Below are positions 44,381-51,653 of a stretch of DNA of 64,000 bases, in pieces. This DNA is from an uncultured Gemmatimonadales bacterium (GTDB lineage Bacteria; Gemmatimonadota; Gemmatimonadetes; Gemmatimonadales; GWC2-71-9): the NCBI GenBank assembly GCA_963777835.1, contig CAVZRK010000006.1, positions 1,186,155 to 1,250,154 on the forward strand. The letters run 5' to 3'. Positions within the stretch are counted from its first letter, which is position 1. Each line of letters begins with the position of its first letter. Under the pieces are notes generated by a model. That model ran no database searches. It was not told where the DNA came from and saw only the letters and a list, made by a program, of their open reading frames with translations. A program made the position numbers and the translations under genes.

Positions 44381-44396
44381 TGTGAAAATAATCACA
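44381..44396. promoter_or_regulatory. perfect CRP/FNR-type palindrome TGTGA-N6-TCACA upstream of atpA
   Basis: TGTGAAAATAATCACA, read directly. It lies in a locally AT-rich patch 36-57 nt upstream of the two candidate atpA starts. Confidence 0.45.
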
Positions 44397-44420
44397 TAAG
44401 AGGGTCGGAGGCAACGGGCG

Positions 44421-44458
44421 CCGCGGCAGGGGCGCACAGCCGTGCGCCCCTGCCGCGG
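44421..44458 (-). terminator. 17-bp perfect hairpin after the AraC-family gene
   Basis: CCGCGGCAGGGGCGCAC - AGCC - GTGCGCCCCTGCCGCGG, 14 nt beyond the stop at 44472-44474. There is no U-tract. Confidence 0.5.
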
Positions 44459-44471
44459 GGGTGCCGTACAG

Positions 44472-45242
44472 CTACAGCCTGCTTCTGGTGTGCCCGCGGA
44501 CGAACCGGCTGAGCAGCTCCGCGGGGGTCATCCGCGGCAGTTCTGCCGTCCCGATCCCCGCGATCCGGCGTGCGGTGGAGCCAAGGTGGCTGGAGGAGGC
44601 GAACGCGAGGAGCCCGGCCACTCGCGCCACGGAGTAACCGGGGTTCTGGAGCAGCTGCGCAGCGCCCACCACGCGCAGGAAGTCGATGACCCGCTTGAGG
44701 TTGGGCGCTCCCCCGGCCCCGAACTGACGGGAGAGGTGCTCCCGGGACATGTCGAGCCTCCGGGCCAGGTCGGCGGTGGTGACCGGCTGGTCCACGCTGT
44801 CGAGGAGGAGGTCCCAGACCTGCCGCTGGAGCGGGTCGGCGAGCCGGAGCAGGCGGGGAGCGTCGGCCAGGGCGCGCCGGCGCGAGGCGACGAGGGACAC
44901 TCGGCGCACCAGTTCCCCGACGACCGGGTCGTCCACCCCCTCGACCGCCACCGCGGCGACGCGCTGCCGGCGGCACTCGGCGAGCACGTCCCCGTCGTCG
45001 GGGCGGAACGGGGCGAATGCGACGATGGGGATGCCGGGAAAGTCGGCGCGGAGGGTGGCCCACTCATCGAGCAGGCCGGGGCGCGGGGCGAAGACCACCG
45101 CCTCGACGATTCGCTTCTCGAGCAGCTGGCGCAGGTTCGCGGGCGTCCGGCAGGCCACGACGCCAGGGCCGCCGCGGGGAAGGGAGCGGCGGAGGGCCGT
45201 CACGGCCCCCCGCCCGTCGAGCAGGGCGGCGATGGCCGCCAC
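44472..45242 (-). CDS. AraC family transcriptional regulator
   Basis: C-terminal HTH region VTTADLARRLDMSREHLSRQF...AAQLLQNPGYSVARVAGLLAFASSSHLGSTARR. The N-terminal domain has a receiver-like layout. Confidence 0.7.
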   Translation of the reverse strand: MAAIAALLDGRGAVTALRRSLPRGGPGVVACRTPANLRQLLEKRIVEAVVFAPRPGLLDEWATLRADFPGIPIVAFAPFRPDDGDVLAECRRQRVAAVAVEGVDDPVVGELVRRVSLVASRRRALADAPRLLRLADPLQRQVWDLLLDSVDQPVTTADLARRLDMSREHLSRQFGAGGAPNLKRVIDFLRVVGAAQLLQNPGYSVARVAGLLAFASSSHLGSTARRIAGIGTAELPRMTPAELLSRFVRGHTRSRL

Positions 45243-45244
45243 CG

Positions 45245-45736
45245 TCAGCCCTCCGCGGAGACGGGGGCGGGCTGCTTCTTCGGCCGGCCAGCGCCGACGG
45301 CCACCAGGGTGCGAGACATCTCACCGCCGCGGCGGAGCACGCCGCGCGCGTTGTCGTAGCTGAGCTGCTCCAGCGCCTTTTCGAGCGGCAGCCACTGATG
45401 GTCGGTGATCCCCTCGTCCTCCTGCGGGATCACGTCACCCTCGGGGCTCTCGAAGAGGAAGAAGTGGCAGAACTTGTGGATCGAGCGCCCGCGGAAGCGG
45501 AAGTGCCAGTCGATGATCCGGATCGGGCCGTGCAGCACCAGCGACTCGAGGCCGGTCTCCTCGGCCGTCTCGCGCAGGGCGGCCTCGGCGGGCGTCTCCT
45601 CCTCCTCGAGGTGCCCCTTGGGGAACCCCCAGTGGCGATACGAATCCTTGATCAGGAGGAAACGCGCCTCGGCGCCGAACCGCCGAAAGACGATCCCGCC
45701 CGCACTGACCTCGCGCTCCGGCTTCCGTTTCGACAT
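45245..45736 (-). CDS. NUDIX hydrolase
   Basis: GFPKGHLEEEETPAEAALRETAEETGL matches the Nudix box GX5EX7REUXEEXGU. Confidence 0.8.
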   Translation of the reverse strand: MSKRKPEREVSAGGIVFRRFGAEARFLLIKDSYRHWGFPKGHLEEEETPAEAALRETAEETGLESLVLHGPIRIIDWHFRFRGRSIHKFCHFFLFESPEGDVIPQEDEGITDHQWLPLEKALEQLSYDNARGVLRRGGEMSRTLVAVGAGRPKKQPAPVSAEG

Positions 45737-45740
45737 CGGG

Positions 45741-46748
45741 CTAGAAGACCGAGAACTTGAAGTACTTGCGCGGATTGACCTGGATGTCGGCGATCAGCTT
45801 CCGCAGCTCGACCATCGTGGCGGTGGTCTCGTTGTAGAGGGTGGAATCCTTGGTCAGCATGCCGAGGGTCCCCTGCCCCGCCTGCAGCCGCCCCATGATC
45901 GAGTCGGCGGCCACGAGGATCCGTACCAGGTTGGTCTCGTGCTCGCGGGCCGCGCTGAGCAGGCCGCGGAGGTCGGCGGTGGCGGCGCGGAGGTCGGTGG
46001 ACGATCCCTGCGCCGAGTTGACGATGCTCGCGATCTGCCCCTCGCTGGTGGCGGAGTCGAGGCGGGCCAGCGTGGCGTGGAGGTTCTCGGCCGCGTCGGC
46101 GAAGTCGCGCGTGCCGGCGGCGGCGGTGGTCGAGATGACGTCCACCTTCTCGGTCTGCTTGTTGGCGAACGCCGTCAGCCGGTTGATCATCGCCAGGAAG
46201 TCGTCGAGGCTGTTCCGGACCTTTTCGGCGGTGGTCGAGTCGAAGACGGCGCCCACCCGGTCGGTCAGCAGCGCGATGTCGCCGGCGATCCGCCCCGCCT
46301 GCGCGGTCAGCTGCCCGATGTCGGGGAGCGTGGCGCCGGGCCAGTCCGTCGGTCCGGCGCGCCGGGCGGCCATCAGCTCGGCCACCACGGTCGGGTCGTC
46401 GAGCGGATCGTCGAGGGAGATGATCTTGGCCTCCCACTCGCCGAAGAGGCTGGCGGTCGAGGCGATGACGCCGGGGTTGGCGGGGATCTCGGAGCGTTCC
46501 TGGAGCTTGAGGGTGGCGAGGACCCAGTTGTCGTCGGCCAGCTCGATGGAGTGCACGGTGCCGATCTTGACGCCGCGCAGGGTGACGGGGGCGCCGACGC
46601 CGAGGCCGTCCACGGTGCGGAAGCGCACGGTGACCTTTTCGGGGCGGCTGCCGAGCTGGATGCGGCCGAGCCAGATGGCGGCGGCCACGGTCAGCGCGAG
46701 GGCGACCAGGAACGTCGCCCCGACGATGAAGGCGTTGCGCTGCTTCAC
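45741..46748 (-). CDS. mlaD: MCE/MlaD family substrate-binding protein
   Basis: N-terminal TM, then VTVRFRTVDGLGVGAPVTLRGVKIGTVHSIEL (MCE domain) and a long helical C-terminus. Confidence 0.75.
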   Translation of the reverse strand: MKQRNAFIVGATFLVALALTVAAAIWLGRIQLGSRPEKVTVRFRTVDGLGVGAPVTLRGVKIGTVHSIELADDNWVLATLKLQERSEIPANPGVIASTASLFGEWEAKIISLDDPLDDPTVVAELMAARRAGPTDWPGATLPDIGQLTAQAGRIAGDIALLTDRVGAVFDSTTAEKVRNSLDDFLAMINRLTAFANKQTEKVDVISTTAAAGTRDFADAAENLHATLARLDSATSEGQIASIVNSAQGSSTDLRAATADLRGLLSAAREHETNLVRILVAADSIMGRLQAGQGTLGMLTKDSTLYNETTATMVELRKLIADIQVNPRKYFKFSVF

Positions 46749-47515
46749 GCGCCCCCCCTCGCGAAGGCGGTGGCGCCCCGGGCGTCCTGGATGTCCGGCC
46801 GTCCCTCGATGAACTGTCGCACCACGGGATCCTCCGTCTGCTGAATCTCCTGCACCGTGCCCACCTGGCGGATGCGGCCCTCGTACAGCATGGCGATCCG
46901 GTCGCCCACGGTGTAGGCGCTCCGGATGTCGTGCGTCACGACGATGGCGGTGGTGCCGAGCTCCTCGCGCACCCGGACCATCAGCTGGTCGATGACGGCC
47001 GAGGTGACCGGATCGAGGCCGGTGGTCGGCTCGTCGTACAGAATGTACCGCGGCCGGAGGGCGATCGCGCGCGCGACGCCGACCCGCTTCCGCATCCCGC
47101 CGGACAGCTCCGACGGGAACTGCTTCTCGGTGCCGCTCAGCCCCACGAGGCGGAGGCTCTGCTCGACCCGCTCGTGCATCTCGTCCTCGGAGAGGTCGCG
47201 CCGGGCCAGGCCGAGCCGGAGGTTGTCCTCGATGCTCATCGAGTCGAAGAGCGCGGAGAACTGGAAGACGTACCCGATGCGGCTCCGGAGCGCGGTGAGC
47301 CCCTCCCAGTCGAGCTCGTGCACCACCTGGCCGTCCACGCTCACGCTGCCGGCATCGGGGGTGAGGAGCCCCACCACGTGCTTGATCAGGACGCTCTTGC
47401 CGGAACCGGAGTAGCCGAGGAGGACGGTGGTCCCCCCCTCGGGCACGTCGAGCGAGAGCCCGTCGAGGACGACTTTTTCGCCGAAGGCCTTGTGGAGGTT
47501 CTCGAAACGGATCAT
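46745..47515 (-). CDS. mlaF: ABC transporter ATP-binding protein (MlaF-like)
   Basis: ATG 47515. Walker A GYSGSGKS, signature LSGGMRKR and Walker B ILYDEPTTGLD. Confidence 0.85.
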   Translation of the reverse strand: MIRFENLHKAFGEKVVLDGLSLDVPEGGTTVLLGYSGSGKSVLIKHVVGLLTPDAGSVSVDGQVVHELDWEGLTALRSRIGYVFQFSALFDSMSIEDNLRLGLARRDLSEDEMHERVEQSLRLVGLSGTEKQFPSELSGGMRKRVGVARAIALRPRYILYDEPTTGLDPVTSAVIDQLMVRVREELGTTAIVVTHDIRSAYTVGDRIAMLYEGRIRQVGTVQEIQQTEDPVVRQFIEGRPDIQDARGATAFARGGA

Positions 47516-47533
47516 CTCGCCGTCACCTCGCGG

Positions 47534-47606
47534 CCGCCCTGTCCCGCTGCCCCGCCTCGAGTCCTCACCCCCTGTCCCCCTCTCCACCATGTGGAGAGGG
47601 GGGACG
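47534..47606. repeat. REP-like module, copy 2 (CCTCACCCCCTGTCCCCCTCTCCAC-CA-TGTGGAGAGGGGGGACG with CTGTCCCG CTGCCCCG flank)
   Basis: The core 47563-47606 is nearly identical to 32642-32685 (about one difference in 44 by hand alignment) and in the same orientation. It lies between the mlaE stop and the mlaF start. Confidence 0.85.
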
Positions 47607-47631
47607 CCCGGTGAGATCCCGAAGCGGCAAG

Positions 47632-47666
47632 CCTGCCCACCTGCCCCGCTGCCCCGCTGCCTCGCC
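47632..47666. repeat. octamer array CTGCCCCG CTGCCCCG CTGCCTCG with CCTGCCCAC lead-in
   Basis: Read directly. It closely resembles 37139-37174 and ends at the mlaE stop codon. Confidence 0.85.
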
Positions 47667-48430
47667 TCACAGCAGCACCACCGCCCAAAATGCATCCAGC
47701 ACCAGGATCGCCTCGCAGCCGTAGCACCACGGCCAGCGTGGTGCGCCGGCCGACGCCGGCCGCGCCGCCGGAGGTGGCGAGTCCCTGCAGGCAGCCGAGG
47801 AGGGTGACGGCGGCGCCGAAGCTGGCGGCCTTGACCAGGCCGTACCAGATGTCCTTGAACTTGTAGAAGATCTGCAGCCCCTTCACGAACTCGGCGCTGG
47901 AGAGGTCGAGCAGGTTGAGCGAGGTGAAGTACCCGGCGGCGACGCCGACGGCCACGGCCAGGGCGGTCACGATGGGGAACATCAGGGTGCCGGCGAGGAC
48001 GCGGGGGACGACGAGGTAGGCGTACTTGTCGTAGGCCAGGGTCTCGAGGGCGTCCACCTGCTCGGTGACGCGCATGGTGCCCAGCTCGGCGGCGATGTTG
48101 GCGCCGACCCGCCCGGCGAGCGCCATGCCGGTGAGCACGGGACCGAGCTCGAGCATGATCGACTTGCCGACGAGGGTCCCGACGAAGTAGATGCGGGACG
48201 GCGCCGGTGAAGATGTACTTGCTGAGGAGGGCGAGGACGATGCCGGTGAAGAGGGCGATGAACAGGGCGATGGGCACCGACTCGACGCCGAGGCGGCGCA
48301 TCTGTTCCAGCAGCAGGGGGCCCCAGGTGCGGCGGTCGCGGAGGGCGCGGGCGGCGTCGAGCGTGAAGTTGCCGACGACGGCGACCTGCCGACCCAGGGC
48401 GGATTCCCGAAGGTGCGCGGGGTGGGTCAC
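47667..48430 (-). pseudogene. mlaE: ABC transporter permease (MlaE-like), two frame disruptions (near 48178 and near 47725)
   Basis: Three consecutive frames carry MlaE-like sequence: MTHPAHL...LFTGIVLALLSKYIFTGAV; then IYFVGTLVGKSIMLELGPVLTGMALAGRVGANIAAELGTMRVTEQVDALETLA...GGAAGVGR.TTLAVV; then GCEAILVLDAFWAVVLL-stop. The span is 764 nt, and removing 2 nt gives 254 codons. Confidence 0.75.
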
Positions 48431-48445
48431 CCGTGGAAGGTACGC

Positions 48446-49403
48446 CTAGGCCGCGAAGCTCGCCAGCGCCCGGCCGACGTCGCCCTCGCCGAGCCGCTTG
48501 AGGGCGCGGTCGCGGAGCTGGCGGACGCGCTCGCGGGTCACGCCGAGCATCCCGCCGATCTCCTCGAGGGTGTGCTCGTGGCCGTCGTCGAGGCCGAAGT
48601 AGAGCCGGAGGACGCGGGCGTCGCGCGGCGGGAGGGTGGCCAGAGCGCCTGCTGGATCTCCTCGGAGAGGAACCGCTCCATGGCGCGGGCCTCGACGTCG
48701 CTCTGGCCGTCGGCCACGAAGCGGTCGATGAGGGTGCGCTCGCCGCCGGGGTCGAGGGCGGCGTCGAGCCGGACCTCGCTGGTGTTGAGCGACATGAGCG
48801 CCTGGACCACGTCCTTGGAGAGCGACACCTCGGCGGCGACTTCCTCGGGGGTGGGCTCGCGCACCAGCTTCTGCCGGAGGATTTCCGTCGCGCGGATGAT
48901 CCGGGAGAGGTCGGCGGTGCGGTTGAGGGGGACGCGGACGGTGCGGCCCTGCTTGGCGATGGCGGCGAGGATGGCCTGGCGGATCCACCAGACGGCGTAG
49001 GAGATGAACTTGACGCCGACGTCGGGGTCGAACTTCCGGGCGGCGGTGAGGAGGCCGATGTTGCCCTCGCCGATGAGGTCGGGGAGGGCCATGCCGCGGT
49101 TCTGGTACTTCTTGGCGACGGAGATGACGAAGCGGAGGTTGCGCTTGACCAGCTCCTGCATGGCGTCCTGGTCGCCGGCGCGGACCCGCCGGGCGACGGC
49201 GAGCTCCTGCTCGGCGGTGAGGAGGGGGGTCTTGCTGACCTCGAAGAGGTACTGGTCGAGGATGTCGCGTTCGGCGCCGCCCGCGCCGATGGCGCGGGGC
49301 GGGCGCCGAGCGCGGGCGGCGAGGCAGCGGAGGCCGGGGGCGCAGGGCTGGCGGTATCGGGCGTTCCGATGGTAGCTTGCTTCGCGGACTTCTTGACGGG
49401 CAT
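48446..49403 (-). pseudogene. RNA polymerase sigma-70 family factor (short RpoD/SigA-like), two frame disruptions (near 49300 and near 48650)
   Basis: Region 2 (LVKRNLRFVISVAKKYQNRGMALPDLIGEGNIGLLTAARKFDP...FISYAVWWIRQAI), region 3, and region 4 in another frame (LPPRDARVLRLYFGLDDGHEHTLEEIGGMLGVTRERVRQLRDRALKRL). The probable N-terminus MPVKKSAKQATIG... from ATG 49403 is in a third frame. The span is 958 nt, and adding 2 nt gives 320 codons. The listed ORF start at 49575 runs into tRNA-Ala and is rejected. Confidence 0.75.
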
Positions 49404-49447
49404 TACGGGGCCTGCACCGGGAAAGGTCGTGACTGTGGGGGTTCTGC

Positions 49448-49476
49448 TTGACACACGTGCAGCCCGCGTCTAGGTT
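49448..49476 (+). promoter_or_regulatory. candidate sigma-70 promoter for the tRNA array (TTGACA-N17-TAGGTT)
   Basis: TTGACA at 49448-49453, a 17-nt spacer, then TAGGTT at 49471-49476, about 58 nt upstream of tRNA-Ala. Confidence 0.4.
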
Positions 49477-49533
49477 TGGGTGCTGTCGCGCAAGCGCCTC
49501 GGTTCGGGCTTCGGCGGCAGCGGAATAGATAAT

Positions 49534-49606
49534 GGGGGCGTAGCTCAGTTGGGAGAGCGCGTGAATGGCATTCACGAGGTCAGGGGTTCGATCCCCCTCG
49601 CCTCCA
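49534..49606 (+). tRNA. tRNA-Ala (anticodon GGC)
   Basis: Manual cloverleaf: acceptor GGGGGCG/CGCCTCC with the G3:U70 Ala identity pair, anticodon stem CGTGA/TCACG, loop ATGGCAT, T-loop GGTTCGATCC. No encoded CCA. Confidence 0.85.
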
Positions 49607-49691
49607 CTCCCAGACAGGACCGGGTGGCGGGATGCGCTCGGAGCGGTTGCGCGAGGGCGGGGACTCGGCTAGACTCCCGTCCCTCGTCATT

Positions 49692-49764
49692 GCGGGAATA
49701 GCTCAGTTGGTAGAGCACAACCTTGCCAAGGTTGGGGTCGCGGGTTCGAGTCCCGTTTCCCGCT
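49692..49764 (+). tRNA. tRNA-Gly (anticodon GCC)
   Basis: Acceptor GCGGGAA/TTCCCGC, anticodon stem CAACC/GGTTG, loop TTGCCAA, T-arm GCGGGTTCGAGTCCCGT. No encoded CCA. Confidence 0.85.
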
Positions 49765-49780
49765 CTCCAGAGGAAAACGT

Positions 49781-49854
49781 CGCGGGGTGGAGCAGTCTGG
49801 TAGCTCGCCGGGCTCATAACCCGGAGGTCGTGGGTTCAAATCCCACCCCCGCTA
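49781..49854 (+). tRNA. initiator tRNA-fMet (anticodon CAT)
   Basis: CGCGGGGTGGAGCAG...GGGCTCATAACCC (three G:C pairs closing the anticodon stem), a 1:72 mismatch (C1 opposite T72) and T-loop TTCAAAT. Close to the E. coli tRNA-fMet layout. No encoded CCA. Confidence 0.85.
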
Positions 49855-49954
49855 TTCGGACGGACAGTCAGGGCAGACAGGGCAGTGAGGCCGTGAGACG
49901 TCGCTGGATGGCCTCCTCACCGCCGGTCCCGCTGCCTACTGTCCGTCTGAGTTT

Positions 49955-50028
49955 CGGGCGGTTAGCTCAGTTGGTTAGAGCGCCACGTTGACATCGTGGA
50001 GGTCACAAGTTCGAGCCTTGTACCGCCC
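49955..50028 (+). tRNA. tRNA-Val (anticodon GAC)
   Basis: Acceptor GGGCGGT/ACCGCCC, anticodon stem CCACG/CGTGG, loop TTGACAT. No encoded CCA. Confidence 0.85.
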
Positions 50029-50037
50029 ATGCAGTCC

Positions 50038-50111
50038 GCGCCCATAGCTCAATTGGATAGAGCATCTGACTACGGATCAGAAGGTTAGGGGTTCGAGTCC
50101 CTTTGGGCGCA
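50038..50111 (+). tRNA. tRNA-Arg (anticodon ACG)
   Basis: Acceptor GCGCCCA/TGGGCGC, anticodon stem TCTGA/TCAGA, loop CTACGGA. The 5' coordinate is uncertain by about 1 nt. No encoded CCA. Confidence 0.8.
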
Positions 50112-50123
50112 TAGTTGCAGGGA

Positions 50124-50197
50124 CGGGGCGTAGCGTAGCCTGGTAGCGCGCCTGCTTCGGGAGCAGGAGGTCGCCGGTTCAAATCCGGCCGCCCCGA
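50124..50197 (+). tRNA. tRNA-Pro (anticodon CGG)
   Basis: Acceptor CGGGGCG/CGCCCCG, anticodon stem CCTGC/GCAGG, loop TTCGGGA, T-arm GCCGGTTCAAATCCGGC. No encoded CCA. Confidence 0.85.
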
Positions 50198-50243
50198 TTG
50201 AAGGGATAAATCTCCGAGGATTTATCATCGTAGAGAGCGTCTC

Positions 50244-50317
50244 GGGTCCGTAGCTCAGTTGGATAGAGCGCTTGCCTCCGGAGCAAGAGGTCGCGCGTTC
50301 GAGTCGCGCCGGGCCCA
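50244..50317 (+). tRNA. tRNA-Arg (anticodon CCG), copy 1
   Basis: Acceptor GGGTCCG/CGGGCCC, anticodon stem CTTGC/GCAAG, loop CTCCGGA. No encoded CCA. Confidence 0.85.
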
Positions 50318-50362
50318 TTGAAGGGATAACCTCCAAGCATTTATCATCGTAGGGCGTGTCTC

Positions 50363-50436
50363 GGGTCCGTAGCTCAGTTGGATAGAGCGCTTGCCTCCGG
50401 AGCAAGAGGTCGCGCGTTCGAGTCGCGCCGGGCCCA
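50363..50436 (+). tRNA. tRNA-Arg (anticodon CCG), copy 2 (identical sequence)
   Basis: Same 74-nt sequence as 50244-50317, preceded by a similar spacer. Confidence 0.85.
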
Positions 50437-50498
50437 TGTCGAGCCGATACACGAAGCCCCGTCATCCGAGTGGATGGCGGGGTTTGTGCGTTGGGGAA

Positions 50499-51653
50499 TC
50501 AGGCGGGGCGCGGTGCGATCCGGTCCTTCAAGTTCAGGAAGGGCCGCTCGATCGCATACCAAGATGCGATCGCGGCAAGCAGGGAAAGCCCGAGGACCAG
50601 GACGAGGTACAGGAACAGGCGCATGAGACGGCTCGGCGTGTCCTCCCCGCGTACCACATCGACGAGCACAGGCTCCAGCAGCTGGTGAATAGGCAGGTGG
50701 AACATGTACATCGCGTAGCTGTACTTGCCTAGCACACGAAGCCAGCCGGCGGAGAAGATGCGCTGGGTCGCCCGTGCTGCGGTCGATCCGCCAGCCACGC
50801 ACAGCAGGACAATGTACGCGGAGAGCATACTGATCACGCTCTGGCCGATCACCTGAACCGGGATCTCGGTCGAATTGAACCCCCGCTGAACGACTACGAC
50901 GACGAAGAGCCCCACCCCCGCCAGGATGGCCGCCGGTGCCTGCCAGCGGGCGAGCGCAGCTCGCCCGCCTGGGCTCCTTAGCAAGGCGGCGATCAGCGCG
51001 CCGGCGGCCAGCGCATCCCATCTGGCGACCGTGAACATGTAGGCGGAATACTCCGGCATTCCGGCGAGCCGCATCCCGAGGCGCAGCAGCGGCGTCCCCA
51101 AGATCATGAGGAGGGAGAGACCGATGACCCCGCGCCGGTTGAGCAGCAGAACTACGAGGGGCCAGACGAGGTAGAACTGCTCCTCGACGGCGAGCGACCA
51201 GAGGTGGGACAGGCCGGTGATCTGAACCTCGAACGGGGCCGCCCAGTTCTGGATGTAAAACCAGTACGGCCAGTGATGCAGCCGGACCATCTCGACCCAG
51301 GCCGGGCTCCACGCCACCAACGGGCCGACGAGGACTGTGAGCGCGAGAAATGCGTAGTAGAGAGGGAAGATGCGGAGCGTGCGGCGCAGGTAGAACGACT
51401 GGAAATAGCGCGCCTTGTGCCTGGTGTCGAGCAGGATACCCGTGATGAGAAACCCCGACAGGACAAAGAAGAGCTGCACTCCTACCCATCCCGCCGCCGT
51501 GCCGGCGCCGGCAAGCTTGAGGAGGAACTGCTCACTTTCCCCTGCGATCCAGCCGGCGTTGTGGAGGACGACAATGAGGATGGCGAAGCCGCGGACCCCG
51601 TCGAGGGGCAAGAGGCGCTCGTGGGACGAGGCTGGCGGCGTGCCCGCCGCCAT
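50499..51653 (-). CDS. acyltransferase family 3 (membrane O-acyltransferase, OafA/YrhL-like)
   Basis: ATG 51653 (MAAGTPPASSHERLLPLDGVRGFAILIVVLHN...VQLFFVLSGFLITGILL...YLRRTLRIFPLYY). Multi-TM protein. ATGA overlap with the upstream gene stop. Confidence 0.8.
   Translation of the reverse strand: MAAGTPPASSHERLLPLDGVRGFAILIVVLHNAGWIAGESEQFLLKLAGAGTAAGWVGVQLFFVLSGFLITGILLDTRHKARYFQSFYLRRTLRIFPLYYAFLALTVLVGPLVAWSPAWVEMVRLHHWPYWFYIQNWAAPFEVQITGLSHLWSLAVEEQFYLVWPLVVLLLNRRGVIGLSLLMILGTPLLRLGMRLAGMPEYSAYMFTVARWDALAAGALIAALLRSPGGRAALARWQAPAAILAGVGLFVVVVVQRGFNSTEIPVQVIGQSVISMLSAYIVLLCVAGGSTAARATQRIFSAGWLRVLGKYSYAMYMFHLPIHQLLEPVLVDVVRGEDTPSRLMRLFLYLVLVLGLSLLAAIASWYAIERPFLNLKDRIAPRPA

Noticed and set aside
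49572-50465. Several minus-strand ORFs (81, 126 and 65 aa), some with repeated peptides such as GPARLERATSCSGGKRSIQLSYGPET.
   Set aside because: They are translations across the tRNA genes, and the repeated peptide reflects the duplicated tRNA-Arg. They are not protein-coding.
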